From the NCBI GenBank assembly GCA_001600815.1, contig BCKZ01000005.1, positions 619,727-683,726 of the forward strand: 64,000 nucleotides of DNA. The letters are read 5' to 3'. A program made the translations under genes and the position numbers. Positions 47,470 through 60,402 of the stretch are shown one piece after another (position 1 is the first letter of the stretch; every line of letters begins with the position of its first letter). Source of the DNA: Alloascoidea hylecoeti. Taxonomy: Eukaryota. The notes under the pieces are model-generated. The model was not told the origin of the DNA. It was given only the letters and a program-made list of their open reading frames with translations, and ran no database searches.

Positions 47470-50024
47470 ATGCCTTCAAATCCAACTTTTGGTATGTTTA
47501 ATGAGATATATTTTCATGTTCATATTTATATTATATATTAATTGAAAATTTTATTTTGATAGGATGGGAACGTGTCAAAGACCGATTTTACAGAGTACGA
47601 GAATGTTATTCCTTATCTTGGAGAGACATAGACTTAGATGATTATATGATTGCAATGTCTCCATTTGGTAGTTCTATTGCGTTATACAAATTGGAATCAA
47701 GAGTTAGAGAATATAAACATTCAGATATAAAATCATCAGGAATTTCGATATTTTCATCATATGGTAAATTAATCTATCAAATAAATTGGAATCAATTATC
47801 AAATGGTAAAATTGCATCTATTGGTTTCACAGATAATGAACATTTATTTATAGTTAAACAAGATGGTACAATAAGAGAATATATTGATTTTGAAGGGAAT
47901 TTTAATGAATTTAGTCTTGGGCCTGAAGCTGAATCAAATGGTATTGTTGATTGTAGGTTTTGGGGTAATGGATTAGTTGCGTTATTATCAAATAATAGAT
48001 TTGTTACTGTCACGAATTTTGATGAACCACGTCCAAAATTATTAGCGGAATTACCTGTTCTTTCATCTAATAAAGGAAAAGAGATTGCTATTAGCACTAA
48101 TACTGAAACTGCTGCCAAGAATTTAGAACAAATTCATGGTTGGACAGTCATATTACCAGAGGATACACTAAACCAGACAATTGAGGTAATTGTTAGTTAT
48201 GGCAAAACAGTAGTCATTGTGGATACTGCAATAGCAGTTGATCAATTGTTTCAAGAGGGACCTTTTGAATTTATATCATCTTCGCCAAATGGTGGATTTG
48301 TCTCCTTATATTCTTCCAAAGCAGGAACATCATGGGTTATTAGTGCCGATTTCCAACGGAAACTATCTGAATATCGTTCTGATACAAATGATATTCCTAC
48401 AAATCTTTCTTGGTGTGGCAATGATGCAATTGTAATTGCATGGCAAGATGAACTTAGATTAATAGGACCGGATAATGCAATTGCAACTTTTTATTATGAT
48501 ACAAACATCACTATTTCTGCGGAAATTGATGGTGTTAGAATTTTAACAAACGATAAGTTAGAATTCTTATCGAGGGTTTCTAATATAACCGTTGAAGCCT
48601 TTAGAATTGGTTCAACAGCACCATCTGCTGTATTATTAGATTGTATCGATCAAATTGATAGACATTCACCAAAAGCAGATGAAAATTTACAATTAATAAA
48701 ACATCAACTTGTTTCAGCAGTTAATAATTGTATAAGAGCAGCTGGAGAAGAATTTGATACATATTTTCAAAAAAAATTATTAAGAGCTGCATTATTTGGT
48801 AAATCAGCTTTAGAATTATATAATGGTGATGAATTTGTTGAAATGTGTCAATCATTAAGAGTTTTAAATGCTGTTAGACAATTTGATGTTGGGATATTTA
48901 TAACTTATGCTGAATATATTAAATTAACACCTGATGGTTTAATTGACAGATTATTAATGCGTCAACAACATTTAGTTGCTTTTAAAATATCTGAATATTT
49001 AAATTTACCAACAGATTCAATTTATATTCATTGGGCATGTTGTAAAATAAGACATCCAAAAACAGAAACTGATGAATCATTAGCAAAAATCATTTCTGAA
49101 AAATTATCAAAAAATAGAGGTATATCATATGAAACAATTGCAAAAACAGCATATCAAGAAGGAAGAGCACGTTTAGCAACATTATTAATTAATTTCGAAC
49201 CAAGACCTAATAAACAAGTTCCTTTATTATTAGATATGGAAGAAGATGAAATAGCTTTAATAAAAGCTTGCGCAAGTGAAGATTCTGATTTAATATTATA
49301 TGTTTTAATTTTATTATTAAGAAAATTATCTTTAGGACAATTTTTTAAACTCATTTCTGGTAAACCAGCAGCAACTAATTTATTTGAATCATTTATTAAA
49401 ACAAATATTACATTTTCGGATCATTTAAGTAACAGTGAATCTACAGAATTTACAGGTGAAGTTGGTATTAACGATGTTGATAAAAGTTTTAAATTACTTA
49501 ATGATTTTTATTATCAAGAAGATAGGAAACTTGAATTAGAAAATCTTTATTTAAAAGAATCTTTCGACACAATTGATGTGAATGATAAAATTAAAGGATT
49601 AAGAACAACACATAAATCATATATGGAATTGAAAAGCATACGACCTGATTTATTACCAGATGCAAAATCTCTTGATGAAAATATTAAATTAATTACTTTA
49701 CAGAAACAATTGGAAACTGAATATGAAAGAGAATTTTTAAATAAATCACTTGTTGATACCATTTATAATTTGATATTCATTGGTCAAGGATCAAGAGCAA
49801 ATAAAGTAAAATCTGAATTCAAATTATCAGAGAAAAGATTCTATTGGATTAAATTAAGAGCATTAGTAGCAAGGAGACAATGGGATGAATTACAAGAATG
49901 GGCTAAATCCAAAAAATCACCAATTGGTTATGAACCATTTTATTATCAATGTTTGGCTGCTGGAAGTAAAAGATGTGCTGAGTTTTTTTTACCAATGTGT
50001 CCTAAACTTCAATTAGAAATGTAA
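47470..50024 (+). CDS. VPS16: HOPS/CORVET subunit Vps16; exons 47470-47491 and 47563-50024
   Basis: MPSNPTFG|WERV after a GTATGT..TAG intron (47492-47562); WCGNDA, QKKLLRAALFGK, LRVLNAVR, QVPLLL, KKSPIGYEPF. Confidence 0.92.
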
Positions 50025-51241
50025 TCAGTGATGAGATTCATTAATTGTTTCACCAGACGTCAACAAGTTAAAGTTCCATATCCATCATAGTGCAACATTT
50101 GGATGCATGAAGATATCAAAAATTGGCTAAGTGTGCATTAATATTGATTAAGGTTAAATTAATGGCTGTGTGTGAACGTTATAAATATTATATTTTTGGA
50201 ATAGTTGACTTGAATATCAATGATATCATACAATATTACATTGTTTAACGAGTCATTTTGACAATCTGGATCTTTATTACAATAGTTAGAGCTATATTTA
50301 TTTTTTAAAATTTATTGAAATTAATATGGAATATTGTGGATTATCAATATCGCGATGATATTGGAGGTTAAGGTTATAGTTAGGAATAAGATAATAGTTA
50401 AGATTAAAGACAAGAGCTCCTCTCAATTTAATTATAGATTTTTTCATTTTATGTCCATCAATTTATAATTCCAAATTCCAAATTTCAAAGATTGTCTAAT
50501 ATTCGTTTAAATATTAATATTTATGTTGCGCCCACATGAATCAGAACCGTGAACATCTAAATCTAGCCATAAGCAAACTAATTATTAAAACCACTGCAGC
50601 TGAAACTTATTTTTTAAGTAGATAGCATCCTAACCCTTACTAGGAAATCCCACTTGAGAAATGATTCAGCCAAATAGAGGTCAAAAAAATAATTAATTAA
50701 TTTCGATTCATATCAAAGTCATTAGAATTCAAAATTCAACAATCAGAAATATCCAAATTCAAATTCCTTTTATATTTTGTACGAATTTTACAATTAATAT
50801 CCTATCAAAGATTTATAATTATAATATTTCCTTTAAATATATAAATCTGGTCCTACCCACTCATCAAATAAATATTCTCAAAATATTTCTTAAACGTTCA
50901 TAAAATTTAAAAAGTAGTTAATAATGTATAACGTTTCATTCTCGTATATATTTTAATATAAAAAAAAGTTAAACAATTACATGGTAATTGGGGGCATAAT
51001 ATCAGATTTTAGATCAGGGATCATGATATATATAGAAAGTCAATAAGCTGGGAAAAAAATATTTATATTTAAAAGAATTGCCGGAATGAAGTTAAAACAC
51101 TATCTATCTCTTTTATCTTCTTCATCATTTATAATTATACTCAAAAATTTGAAATTACCATGATATTTTAATGTATCCTTTGCCTTCTCATGATAATAAC
51201 ATTATAACAATTGCAATGGCAATTAATAATATATAATATTA

Positions 51242-52402
51242 TTAAAACTCAGTAAACAATCCTTCATATGGATCTTGTCCTTGAGCACCATAGTCCCATC
51301 TTTCTTCAGGATATCGATCAAATAAACTACTATCACCAACACCTGTTTGAATTGGTGGTTCATAAGGAGTTTCGATATCTTTATTTAACAGTCTTTCCCA
51401 AACAACTTCGCCAAACCATGGATGATCTTTGATATCTTTTGCACCGTTTTGTAGATTACCCAATCTTCGAGTTAAATCTTTTGTAATTAAACGTTGTAAT
51501 AAATCAATTGCATCAGGATGTAAATATTCGATATTGTATTTAACATTACAAACCAAAATATTTTCATAAGTTTTCATTGGAGTTGGGTCATAAAAAGGGG
51601 TGTACCCGGTTAGCATTTCATAAATAAGGATACCCAAGGACCACCAATCAACCGATTTATTATAAGGTTTTGTTGTAACAACTTCAGGAGCAATATAATC
51701 AGGAGTTCCACAAAGAGTCCAAGTTACATCAGGAACTTCTTTTGCAAAACCAAAATCTGTAATTTTAATATGACCATTACGATCAAGTAAAATATTTTCT
51801 GGTTTTAAGTCACGATAAATGATATTATGTCCATGTAAATATTCCAAAGCTAAAGTTACTTCAGCAGCATAAAATTTAGCAACAGGATTTGGGAATCTAC
51901 GTGATTTTCTCAACAATGAGAAAAGTTCACCACCTTCAATATAATCCATTACCATGAATAGATTACGAGAATCTTGAAAAGTTCCCCACATACGAATCAA
52001 AAAGGGATGTTCGACAAGTTTTAACATACGACGTTCATCATTAGTATGCTCAACTTGCTTCATTTTAACCACTTGCGCTTTTTTAAGAACCTTAATAGCG
52101 TAGTAGCGTCCATTGTGAACAGAGCGCACCAAATGAACACGCCCAAATGAGCCAGTTCCCAAAGTCCGTTGGAAATGAAAATCAGTCAATGAATATTTTC
52201 CTTTGGAATTAGAGGATTTCTGAGGCAACTTGGATTGATGTTGGATTTGCTGTTGAACGGGGACATGTGGGATCTGCTGGACGGGAACGGGCACCTGCTG
52301 AACCGGAACCTGCTGTACCGGAACCTGTTGGCCGGGGACGGCTGGCTGAGGCAGAGGTTGAGCCACAGGATGAGCCAGAGGCTTATTTAATTGCTCTTCC
52401 AT
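51242..52402 (-). CDS. TPK2: cAMP-dependent protein kinase catalytic subunit (Tpk2-like; probable ATG 52402)
   Basis: [61 protein letters not shown] repeats in the N-terminus. Confidence 0.92.
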   Translation of the reverse strand: MEEQLNKPLAHPVAQPLPQPAVPGQQVPVQQVPVQQVPVPVQQIPHVPVQQQIQHQSKLPQKSSNSKGKYSLTDFHFQRTLGTGSFGRVHLVRSVHNGRYYAIKVLKKAQVVKMKQVEHTNDERRMLKLVEHPFLIRMWGTFQDSRNLFMVMDYIEGGELFSLLRKSRRFPNPVAKFYAAEVTLALEYLHGHNIIYRDLKPENILLDRNGHIKITDFGFAKEVPDVTWTLCGTPDYIAPEVVTTKPYNKSVDWWSLGILIYEMLTGYTPFYDPTPMKTYENILVCNVKYNIEYLHPDAIDLLQRLITKDLTRRLGNLQNGAKDIKDHPWFGEVVWERLLNKDIETPYEPPIQTGVGDSSLFDRYPEERWDYGAQGQDPYEGLFTEF

Positions 52403-52531
52403 GGAAATTGAGGATGAGAAGAAGGTTGAAAGATATGAAATTGGACGAACGAATATTAATCCAAAACATCCGATCATCCTCAACACAATGAGACAAAAAC
52501 GAATAATCGTCCACACAAATAAAAGAAAACA

Positions 52532-53248
52532 ATGGGTTCTGCTGCTTCAAAACCCGCAAAAAGGCATTTCAACCCGAAACCTCTTCAGGAAATCCAGAAA
52601 GTATCCCGAACTCAGATAAATGTGCCTAAACAGGTGATACACAATCCTCCAGAGGTTAAGGCCCAGAAGGCTTCAGACAGAAGGAAAAAAAGAGTAGAAA
52701 AGGAAAAATCTTATCTCGATAATTTACATAAAATCACAACCTCTGTCCCTGAATCTATCCCCCATGTTTCAAATTCTAAACAAATAGGGAACAATATTCC
52801 TGTTCTAGAAGCAAGAATCAAGATAAATGAAAAAGCAACCCATGAATTACAATCAGAAGATAAACACACAATGGTTCATCCAGGTACGTTGATATCAATT
52901 ATAGATGACCTAGAGTCTGGTGTATCTGAAGAACAATTGATGAAATACCATAACTTAGCTCCTGATTTTCTAAAAATATTGGGGCGAAGGTATACTGTTC
53001 CAAAATCTAGATCAGATCGTAGATTTACAAGAAATCCTACGAGAAATTCTCTCAATGATTTTGAAGAGGATCTTGAGGATGATTTCAATATTGTCAGTGA
53101 TGAAAATTTCGCCACCCAACATACAAGTCGGAGAAATAATAACATCAACAATATTGGTAATAGTCAAAAGAATAATCATAATAGTAAAGAATCACAAATA
53201 TTATCCCAATTAAGCGATCTTCCAAGTGGTAAAAGATCATTCAAATAA
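52532..53248 (+). CDS. Protein of unknown function with a possible N-myristoylation motif
   Basis: 238-aa ORF, AAACAATGG start context, MGSAASK N-terminus; divergent from the PKA gene. Confidence 0.7.
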   Translation: MGSAASKPAKRHFNPKPLQEIQKVSRTQINVPKQVIHNPPEVKAQKASDRRKKRVEKEKSYLDNLHKITTSVPESIPHVSNSKQIGNNIPVLEARIKINEKATHELQSEDKHTMVHPGTLISIIDDLESGVSEEQLMKYHNLAPDFLKILGRRYTVPKSRSDRRFTRNPTRNSLNDFEEDLEDDFNIVSDENFATQHTSRRNNNINNIGNSQKNNHNSKESQILSQLSDLPSGKRSFK

Positions 53249-55589
53249 TAAATGATTTCTGTTGGTACTTACAATTGTATATAATAAGAAAAGGCATTCA
53301 TCATTGTATTCATATAACATGAATTGATAGTTAAGTAGATTCAATAAATGATTCATATTGATTAAACATTATGAAGATAACAATAACTAATGTAACTTAT
53401 ATCTAAAGCTCATCCTAATTAGTCGTGTCTTAGACTGATCAGTACTATCTACCTGCCACACAACTCTGTATATTTGGGCAATAATTGCAATAGTTACAGT
53501 ATGTTTGTTAATTGGACCATTCCCAATTGCAACTTCCGTTAGGTTCACAGTTTTGTGATCAACCATTTAACTTCACGGTGAATTTCGCCAAGTTAAAGTA
53601 CAATAATAACCAATGAAATAGCAACAATTCATGCATTGTTACACTAATTCGTAGCATAGTTAACATTTCTCTTGGGGTCCTGGTGGAGAAAAGTAAATTC
53701 GTGCATGTTAACAATATATTTTATTATGCTGTATGACAATATTTATGGGAATCGGTGCTCAAAACGAATTGATCGCTTACATTTACAATTCTGAAATAGA
53801 AGGGAGTTACCAAGCTAATCAGAAAAACGAAACTATCATAGTACAAGATCTACAGTTCTCATAATGAAATTTTTGCATGGTGATTAACTTTTACATTCCC
53901 ATCCTTTGGGGTATATCAACATTCAATCTAGAAGAAATCTTGGAGAATACTTCATTTCTGAGAAGGCTGCTCACTCTGACCATGATGCATATGTTTGCAA
54001 TTGAGTCCAATCGGCGCTAGTTCACAGATGCCCCAGAGTCACACAAAGCACTCAATAACTAGAAAACTTGAATAGACCATATCTTGGAGTTGATACAGAT
54101 ATTCTCAATATCAACGAAATCGTGGAGATGGTGAATTATGCAGAGAACATCCCTCCATTTTTACGACGTATTCCACCTATTGAACGACACCAAAGACTTC
54201 TTAAATCTATAAAAATTAATTTCCAGATTCTTCTGTATCCCATATAAAATTCTTATCTTTTTTATATATATATATAATTTTGTTAAATTTTAAGAAATAT
54301 CAAGGTTTTGTGTTTCTAATAATGCTTATGTGCGAACGGTTGGTACGGCAGGAACGGTAGATACGGAACTTACCCTATATGGTAAGCAGATTTATGTAAC
54401 TAATAATTATAACCATTACTTAAAAAATACGGAAACCATTGTCTAAATAACTGTTAATAGTGATATTCAAGGAACACAATTATTTCTCTTTGGACCTGAT
54501 GATCCAATTTTTTTATATTCATATTCGCTTTGTAGATAATTTAATTAAATAAGAGTTTCCGGAATTCCCCACACACACTCTGCAATTTTATTTAGTATTC
54601 ATCACAGGGGTGAACGCAAATCTAACTTTAAATTTATCAAATTTATGCTATATTACAGCTTAATTATAGCTGGTGGTATTTTGAGGAATAATCATAGGCT
54701 CAAAGCTTGCCCTCTTCTGAACATTGTAACACCTACATACTTTTTCATGATGTTTATGTAGGGACTAACCCTTATAATTACGGAAAATCTATTATATATA
54801 CATGTAATTAAATATATATATATATTTTTTGTTACTTATGACTATACAATTGTGGATATATAGATACAAAGGGTTGATCGTACCATTAAGATTGCAAGCT
54901 GCAACAACTAGACACTGAAGCTAGACCAAAATCCTTGTTAGCGCTTATGATTGTCAGCGGCTATAATTTTGATAATAAATACTCAGGACAACGAAATACT
55001 CTCGAACAATTGCTATTTAATTACTTTCTCAGAACAAGAATTGCTATATAGTTATATTATTATAGCCATGACTAATTCTGTTATAAAAGTATTTGTGAGC
55101 TGACCATATTGATATATCCTAGTCAGAGTATAATATTAGAGTTATCTGAGATCGGGCAATATCTTTACATGTTACAGATCGATCTATGGTACTAGCCGAA
55201 TAGAATGATCTATGATATTAGCTATGGTAATTGTTTAAGTTGGCTTAAGTTCAAGTTGATCGTGGTTGGAAATCTTTTGCAATTGGGATTTAACTGTCCT
55301 GCATTACTTTATCAATGTAACTGTAATATAAAGAAAATAAACCATGCATCACCGGTTCAAGCTTTCAAGGTATCCGAGTTATAATATTTCCTAACTGCTC
55401 CCTTATATCCAACACATGGGAGCACTAAGTGGGGTAGATGATGTAAAAAAAGCTTGTTGAAGATAAGAAGTAAAAAAACAGAACCAGACACGATAGAAAC
55501 CATATCAGAGTAAGTTTGTGTCTTGCATATATAAACCCTAGATTTTGCAAGTTTTTTCTGCAATTATCAATTAGTACTTTACTCCAAGA

Positions 55590-57134
55590 ATGAGTGAGAA
55601 TGAACCAATTGATAAGAAGATAGAGAAATTTGAAACTCCGGATCGAGAAAATGGAGAAGTCTTTATTTATAATGGCCATCCGATTGATGTGGTAGATAAG
55701 GATGAAGCGATGAAATATTTTGATGATACAATCGAACTGGATGCCGAAACCGACCGAAAATTACTTCGAAAAATAGACCTTTATGTCTGTCCATTATTGT
55801 GTATTTTATATTGTTGCCAATATATGGATAAAACAACAACATCGTATGCAGCAATTATGGGATTAAGAACTGATTTGAAAATGGTAGGTGAAGATTATTC
55901 TTGGACAGGAAGTGCATTTTATCTTGGTTATCTATTTTTCGAATTTCCCGCCTCAATGTGTTTACAAAGATTCCCAGTTGTGAAAACTCTTAGTGCATTC
56001 ATCATTATCTGGGGTGCCATTCTATGTTTACACGCTACACCAAATTATGCTGGATTTGTCGCTTTACGAACTCTTCTAGGCATGTTTGAGTCTGCNNTNA
56101 CNCCNGCTTTTGTTTTAATTACAGCTCAATGGTATAAAAAAGAAGAACAATTTCTGAGAACTTCTATTTGGTTCGCATTCAATGGATTTGGAGCAATCAT
56201 GGGTGCAGCAATTGCTTATGGGTTAGCTATAAAAGCAGATGTATATTCCATCGAAGTCTGGAAAATACTTTATATTGTTNTNGGGCTTTNTACAATTGCA
56301 CTTGGAATTATTCTGCTTTTTCATCTTCCCGATGTTCCTTCAAAAGCATGGTTCTTAACGGAGTTGGAAAAAAAACAAGTGACAGCTAGAATTAGATCAA
56401 ATCAACAAGGATTTGGTAATACACATTTCAAATTGTATCAATTTATTGAAGCATTTAAAGATCCCAGAACATATTTAGTATTTATTGAAGCAGTTGCCGG
56501 AAATATTCCAAATGGAGGATTAACGAACTTTGGATCCATTCTCATGAAAGAAGATTTCGGGTATGGTACATTGGATGCATTATTAATGGGAATGCCTGNT
56601 GGAGCGGTTGAGTTGGTAGGTTGTCCATTATTTGGACTCTTATCGCTATGGGTTCCACATCGATTAGGAATAGCGACGTTTGTTATGTTACTATGTGATG
56701 CATTCTTTTGTGTATTTGCTTTTGCCAAAAATAAAACAGCAAGATTAGCATGTTATTACTTGGTAACACTTTATCCTGTAGCGATGATTTGTTTACTAGC
56801 TTGTTTTTCCGCAAATACAGCTGGTCATACTAAGAAAATTACTGTTAATGCTATTTATCTTATTGGATATTGTGTTGGTAATCTTATCGGTCCTCAAACA
56901 TTCAGAGATAACCAAGCACCAAATTATTCAGGAGCTAAAATTGCAATGATTGTTGGAAATTGTGTTGCTACAGGTTGTATAATGGCGTTGTATTTTTTGA
57001 ATTGGAAAGACAATAAGAGACGAGATAAAGAAGAAGAGAGATTAGTTAAGGAGTCTCATTTGGATGAAGTTGAGAATATTGAATTTGCAGATTTAACTGA
57101 CTTTGAGAATCCATACTTTAGATATATTCTTTGA
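55590..57134 (+). CDS. MFS anion:cation symporter, Dal5/allantoate-permease family, copy 1
   Basis: KLLRKIDL, FYLGYLFFEFP, NTAGHTKK, GNLIGPQTF, C-terminal FADLTDFENPYFRY; a few N bases. Confidence 0.88.
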   Translation: MSENEPIDKKIEKFETPDRENGEVFIYNGHPIDVVDKDEAMKYFDDTIELDAETDRKLLRKIDLYVCPLLCILYCCQYMDKTTTSYAAIMGLRTDLKMVGEDYSWTGSAFYLGYLFFEFPASMCLQRFPVVKTLSAFIIIWGAILCLHATPNYAGFVALRTLLGMFESXXXXAFVLITAQWYKKEEQFLRTSIWFAFNGFGAIMGAAIAYGLAIKADVYSIEVWKILYIVXGLXTIALGIILLFHLPDVPSKAWFLTELEKKQVTARIRSNQQGFGNTHFKLYQFIEAFKDPRTYLVFIEAVAGNIPNGGLTNFGSILMKEDFGYGTLDALLMGMPXGAVELVGCPLFGLLSLWVPHRLGIATFVMLLCDAFFCVFAFAKNKTARLACYYLVTLYPVAMICLLACFSANTAGHTKKITVNAIYLIGYCVGNLIGPQTFRDNQAPNYSGAKIAMIVGNCVATGCIMALYFLNWKDNKRRDKEEERLVKESHLDEVENIEFADLTDFENPYFRYIL

Positions 57135-58503
57135 ATATCCAAAGTATACATGAACTGGATATAAAACTTATTGACTGGTCGTAGCAATAGTTTTTAATAT
57201 AATGAGTAGCTATAGTTATGGTTTAATAATTAATTGTGTTATACTGCCTATACCTGTAGTACCAATGTGTGAGCTCCAGTACACTCTGACATGAATCCTA
57301 CTACAATACAAAATTGCATTACCATGATATATTTATAATTTCTGATGTATTAGATTAGGTTGTACAAATCAGACCTTTGACCAGAAATACCCACTACAAT
57401 GTTTTTTGATGTCAGAATATCTATTATCCATATGCTTTCTAATACGGAAGTCATTCCCTGGGAAATTTTTCATTGTATGTTCAACCTCTGACAATTTTTT
57501 AAAGAATTTATTGATTTTCTGCTCAAGTTTTCTTTTTGAATTCCTTCAAATCTTCCTCGGTTATTTTCTATCAGGCTAAATAAGATCCTTCTATTCATGA
57601 ACCCTTTTTTTTAAACATTACTTAATGATTTTAAATTTATTCTTTAACTCGTCAAACGAAACAGCCTGTCACGTTGACTCTTGATTCTTGGGACCAGGAC
57701 CTTTCCCTTTGTAGTAAAAATAATATAAAAATAATTCAGATTGATATACTTCAAATCTTTTTATCTCTATTAAGTGGCCTTGTTCATCGAGAAGGTGAAC
57801 TCGAAAGTCTGTTTTGCCTTTTCTCGGATCACTTAATTAGCTAACTAAAGCTAGGAAAAAGCTTAAGAATTTTCATTCATCATAATTATATTGTGAGATG
57901 ATTTCTTAAAGTTGCTTCGGGGTCAGGTAACTCCTAAGTTAAGCTATGGTCCATATTCCTGAATTTTTTAACAAATTCAACAAAATTAATGAGATATAAA
58001 GGATTAGATTGTCTTTATTAAAGTTTGCTTTTGACATGATCAGTTATGAAATGAGGCTTGACGTTTAGTACTTACTATATAGTCAGCCATTTCTATTTGT
58101 TTTTATAGAACAGATATATATATATATAATAATATACTATTGTTTAACGATGTCACCAGATACAAAAGAGGTATCCAATTCCGAACAATTAATTTGGAAC
58201 AACTGTATCGTAAGCATAGCATGTCGTCAATCGGAAAAGCCTTGTTCAAGGTAATAAAGACAATTACAACATAATACCTTCTGGATGTGAAATATGCCTT
58301 GAATACTCGGGGCATCTTGACGTTTACAAAATAATTCATCATTGACTGCTAGATCATATTCAAGCCTTATCGAGTACAATGAGTAATAGTGGGGTCAGAT
58401 ATTAGTATGTAAGGAATATTAAAACTCGATTACGAGCTTAGAATTTAGAAAGCTGCAATGGTAATTAATTACCTTTAATTTTTTTACGATCAAAATATCT
58501 GCA

Positions 58504-58677
58504 GATAAGATCTGAGCAAAGATACTCTGCATATATTTGATAAGCAGATCTTTAATATCTTTCCACCCTATGACGCAGCTGCCTTTAGACGCGGGGGAGA
58601 TAATGCAATAACACACTACCAAATTTAGAGAGAATTATATATAATATGCCATTGACGTCTATATATTATCTGATAAG
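58504..58677 (+). promoter_or_regulatory. GATAAG cluster (GATA/NCR-type) upstream of permease copy 2
   Basis: GATAAG at 58504, 58539 and 58672; yeast DAL5 is a GATA/NCR target. Confidence 0.5.
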
Positions 58678-58830
58678 AATATCCTGAGCTTAAGAGTCAA
58701 CCCATCTGTAAACTCTAAAGCTTGCTATTTATCCAACATTTAGTTTTATTTTCTTCATATAGTTGTGCAAACTACTGTTGACAATTTTTGTGCTGGATTT
58801 CTTTAATATTAATATTGGTTTATCTTAAAA

Positions 58831-60402
58831 ATGACAGAGAGCAAGCCAAACGAAGTCGATAATGTTAATGTGGAGAAAGTTGAATCTGAAGATATAGATC
58901 AAGAAAGGGGAGATGTCATAAGAGTCATAACAAGTAGTAATGGTCATCAAGTTCATCTAGGAGATAAAGATGAAGCATTGAAGTATTTTGATGATACAGT
59001 CGAGTTGGATGCCGAAACCGACCGAAAATTACTTCGAAAAATAGACCTTTACCTCTGTCCATTAATGTGTATATTATATTGTTGCCAATTCATGGATAAA
59101 ACAACAACATCATATGCGTCGATTATGGGATTAAGAACTGATTTGAAAATGGTAGGTGAAGATTATTCTTGGACAGGAAGTGCATTTTATCTTGGTTATC
59201 TATTTTTCGAATTTCCCGCCTCAATGTGTTTACAAAGATTCCCAGTTGTGAAAACTCTTAGTGCATTCATCATTATCTGGGGTGCCATTCTATGTTTACA
59301 CGCTACACCAAATTATGCTGGATTTGTCGCTTTACGAACTCTTCTAGGCATGTTTGAGTCTGCAGTCACACCCGCTTTTGTTTTAATTACAGCTCAATGG
59401 TATAAAAAAGAAGAACAATTTCTGAGAACTTCTATTTGGTTCGCATTCAATGGATTTGGCACAATAATGGGGTCTTCGATTGCTTATGGGTTAGCTATAA
59501 AAGCAGATGTATATTCCATCGAAGTCTGGAAAATACTTTATATTGTTGTTGGGCTTTATACAATTGCACTTGGAATTATTCTGCTTTTTCATCTTCCCGA
59601 TGTTCCTTCAAAAGCATGGTTCTTAACGGAGTTGGAAAAAAAACAAGTGACAGCTAGAATTAGATCAAATCAACAAGGATTTGGTAATACACATTTCAAA
59701 TTGTATCAATTTATTGAAGCATTTAAAGATCCCAGAACATATTTAGTATTTATTGAAGCAATTGCTGCAAATATTCCAAATGGAGGATTAACGAACTTTG
59801 GATCCATTCTTATGAAAGAAGATTTCGGGTATGATACATTGGATGCATTATTAATGAGTATGCCTTACGGAGTGGTTGAGTGGATAGGCTGCCCATTATT
59901 CGGGCTTTTATCATTATGGGTTCCACATCGGTTAGGAATAGCAGCAGGTGTTTCACTGATAACTGATGCATTCTTTTGTGTATTTGCTTTTGCGGCAAAT
60001 AAAACAGCAAGATTAGCGTGTTATTACTTAATAGCTCTTATTCCAGTGCCTATGATTTGTTTACTTTCGACTTTCTCCGCAAATACAGCTGGTCATACTA
60101 AGAAAATTACTGTTAGTGCTATTTATCTTATTGGATATTGTGTTGGTAATCTTATCGGTCCTCAAACATTCAGAGATAACCAAGCACCAAATTATTCAGG
60201 AGCTAAAATTGCAATGATTGTTGGAAATTGTGTTGCTACAGGTTGTATAATGGCGTTGTATTTTTTGAATTGGAAAGACAATAAGAGACGAGATAGGGAA
60301 GAAGAGAGACTAGCTAAAGAGTTACATTTGGATGAAGTTGAGAATATTGAATTTGCAGATTTAACTGACTTTGAGAATCCATACTTTAGATATATTCTTT
60401 GA
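58831..60402 (+). CDS. Dal5-family permease, copy 2
   Basis: Same motifs as copy 1; complete 523-aa ORF. Confidence 0.9.
   Translation: MTESKPNEVDNVNVEKVESEDIDQERGDVIRVITSSNGHQVHLGDKDEALKYFDDTVELDAETDRKLLRKIDLYLCPLMCILYCCQFMDKTTTSYASIMGLRTDLKMVGEDYSWTGSAFYLGYLFFEFPASMCLQRFPVVKTLSAFIIIWGAILCLHATPNYAGFVALRTLLGMFESAVTPAFVLITAQWYKKEEQFLRTSIWFAFNGFGTIMGSSIAYGLAIKADVYSIEVWKILYIVVGLYTIALGIILLFHLPDVPSKAWFLTELEKKQVTARIRSNQQGFGNTHFKLYQFIEAFKDPRTYLVFIEAIAANIPNGGLTNFGSILMKEDFGYDTLDALLMSMPYGVVEWIGCPLFGLLSLWVPHRLGIAAGVSLITDAFFCVFAFAANKTARLACYYLIALIPVPMICLLSTFSANTAGHTKKITVSAIYLIGYCVGNLIGPQTFRDNQAPNYSGAKIAMIVGNCVATGCIMALYFLNWKDNKRRDREEERLAKELHLDEVENIEFADLTDFENPYFRYIL

Noticed and set aside
50022..50152. Possible C/D snoRNA after VPS16 (GTGATGA, TAATCA/TGATTA stem)
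   Set aside because: No CTGA box D and no recognisable rRNA-complementary guide.
54060..54250. IPPFLRRIPPIE resembling the Tc1/IS630 PPYSPDLNPIE motif
   Set aside because: Only the spacing matches; no upstream DDE motifs or terminal inverted repeats seen.
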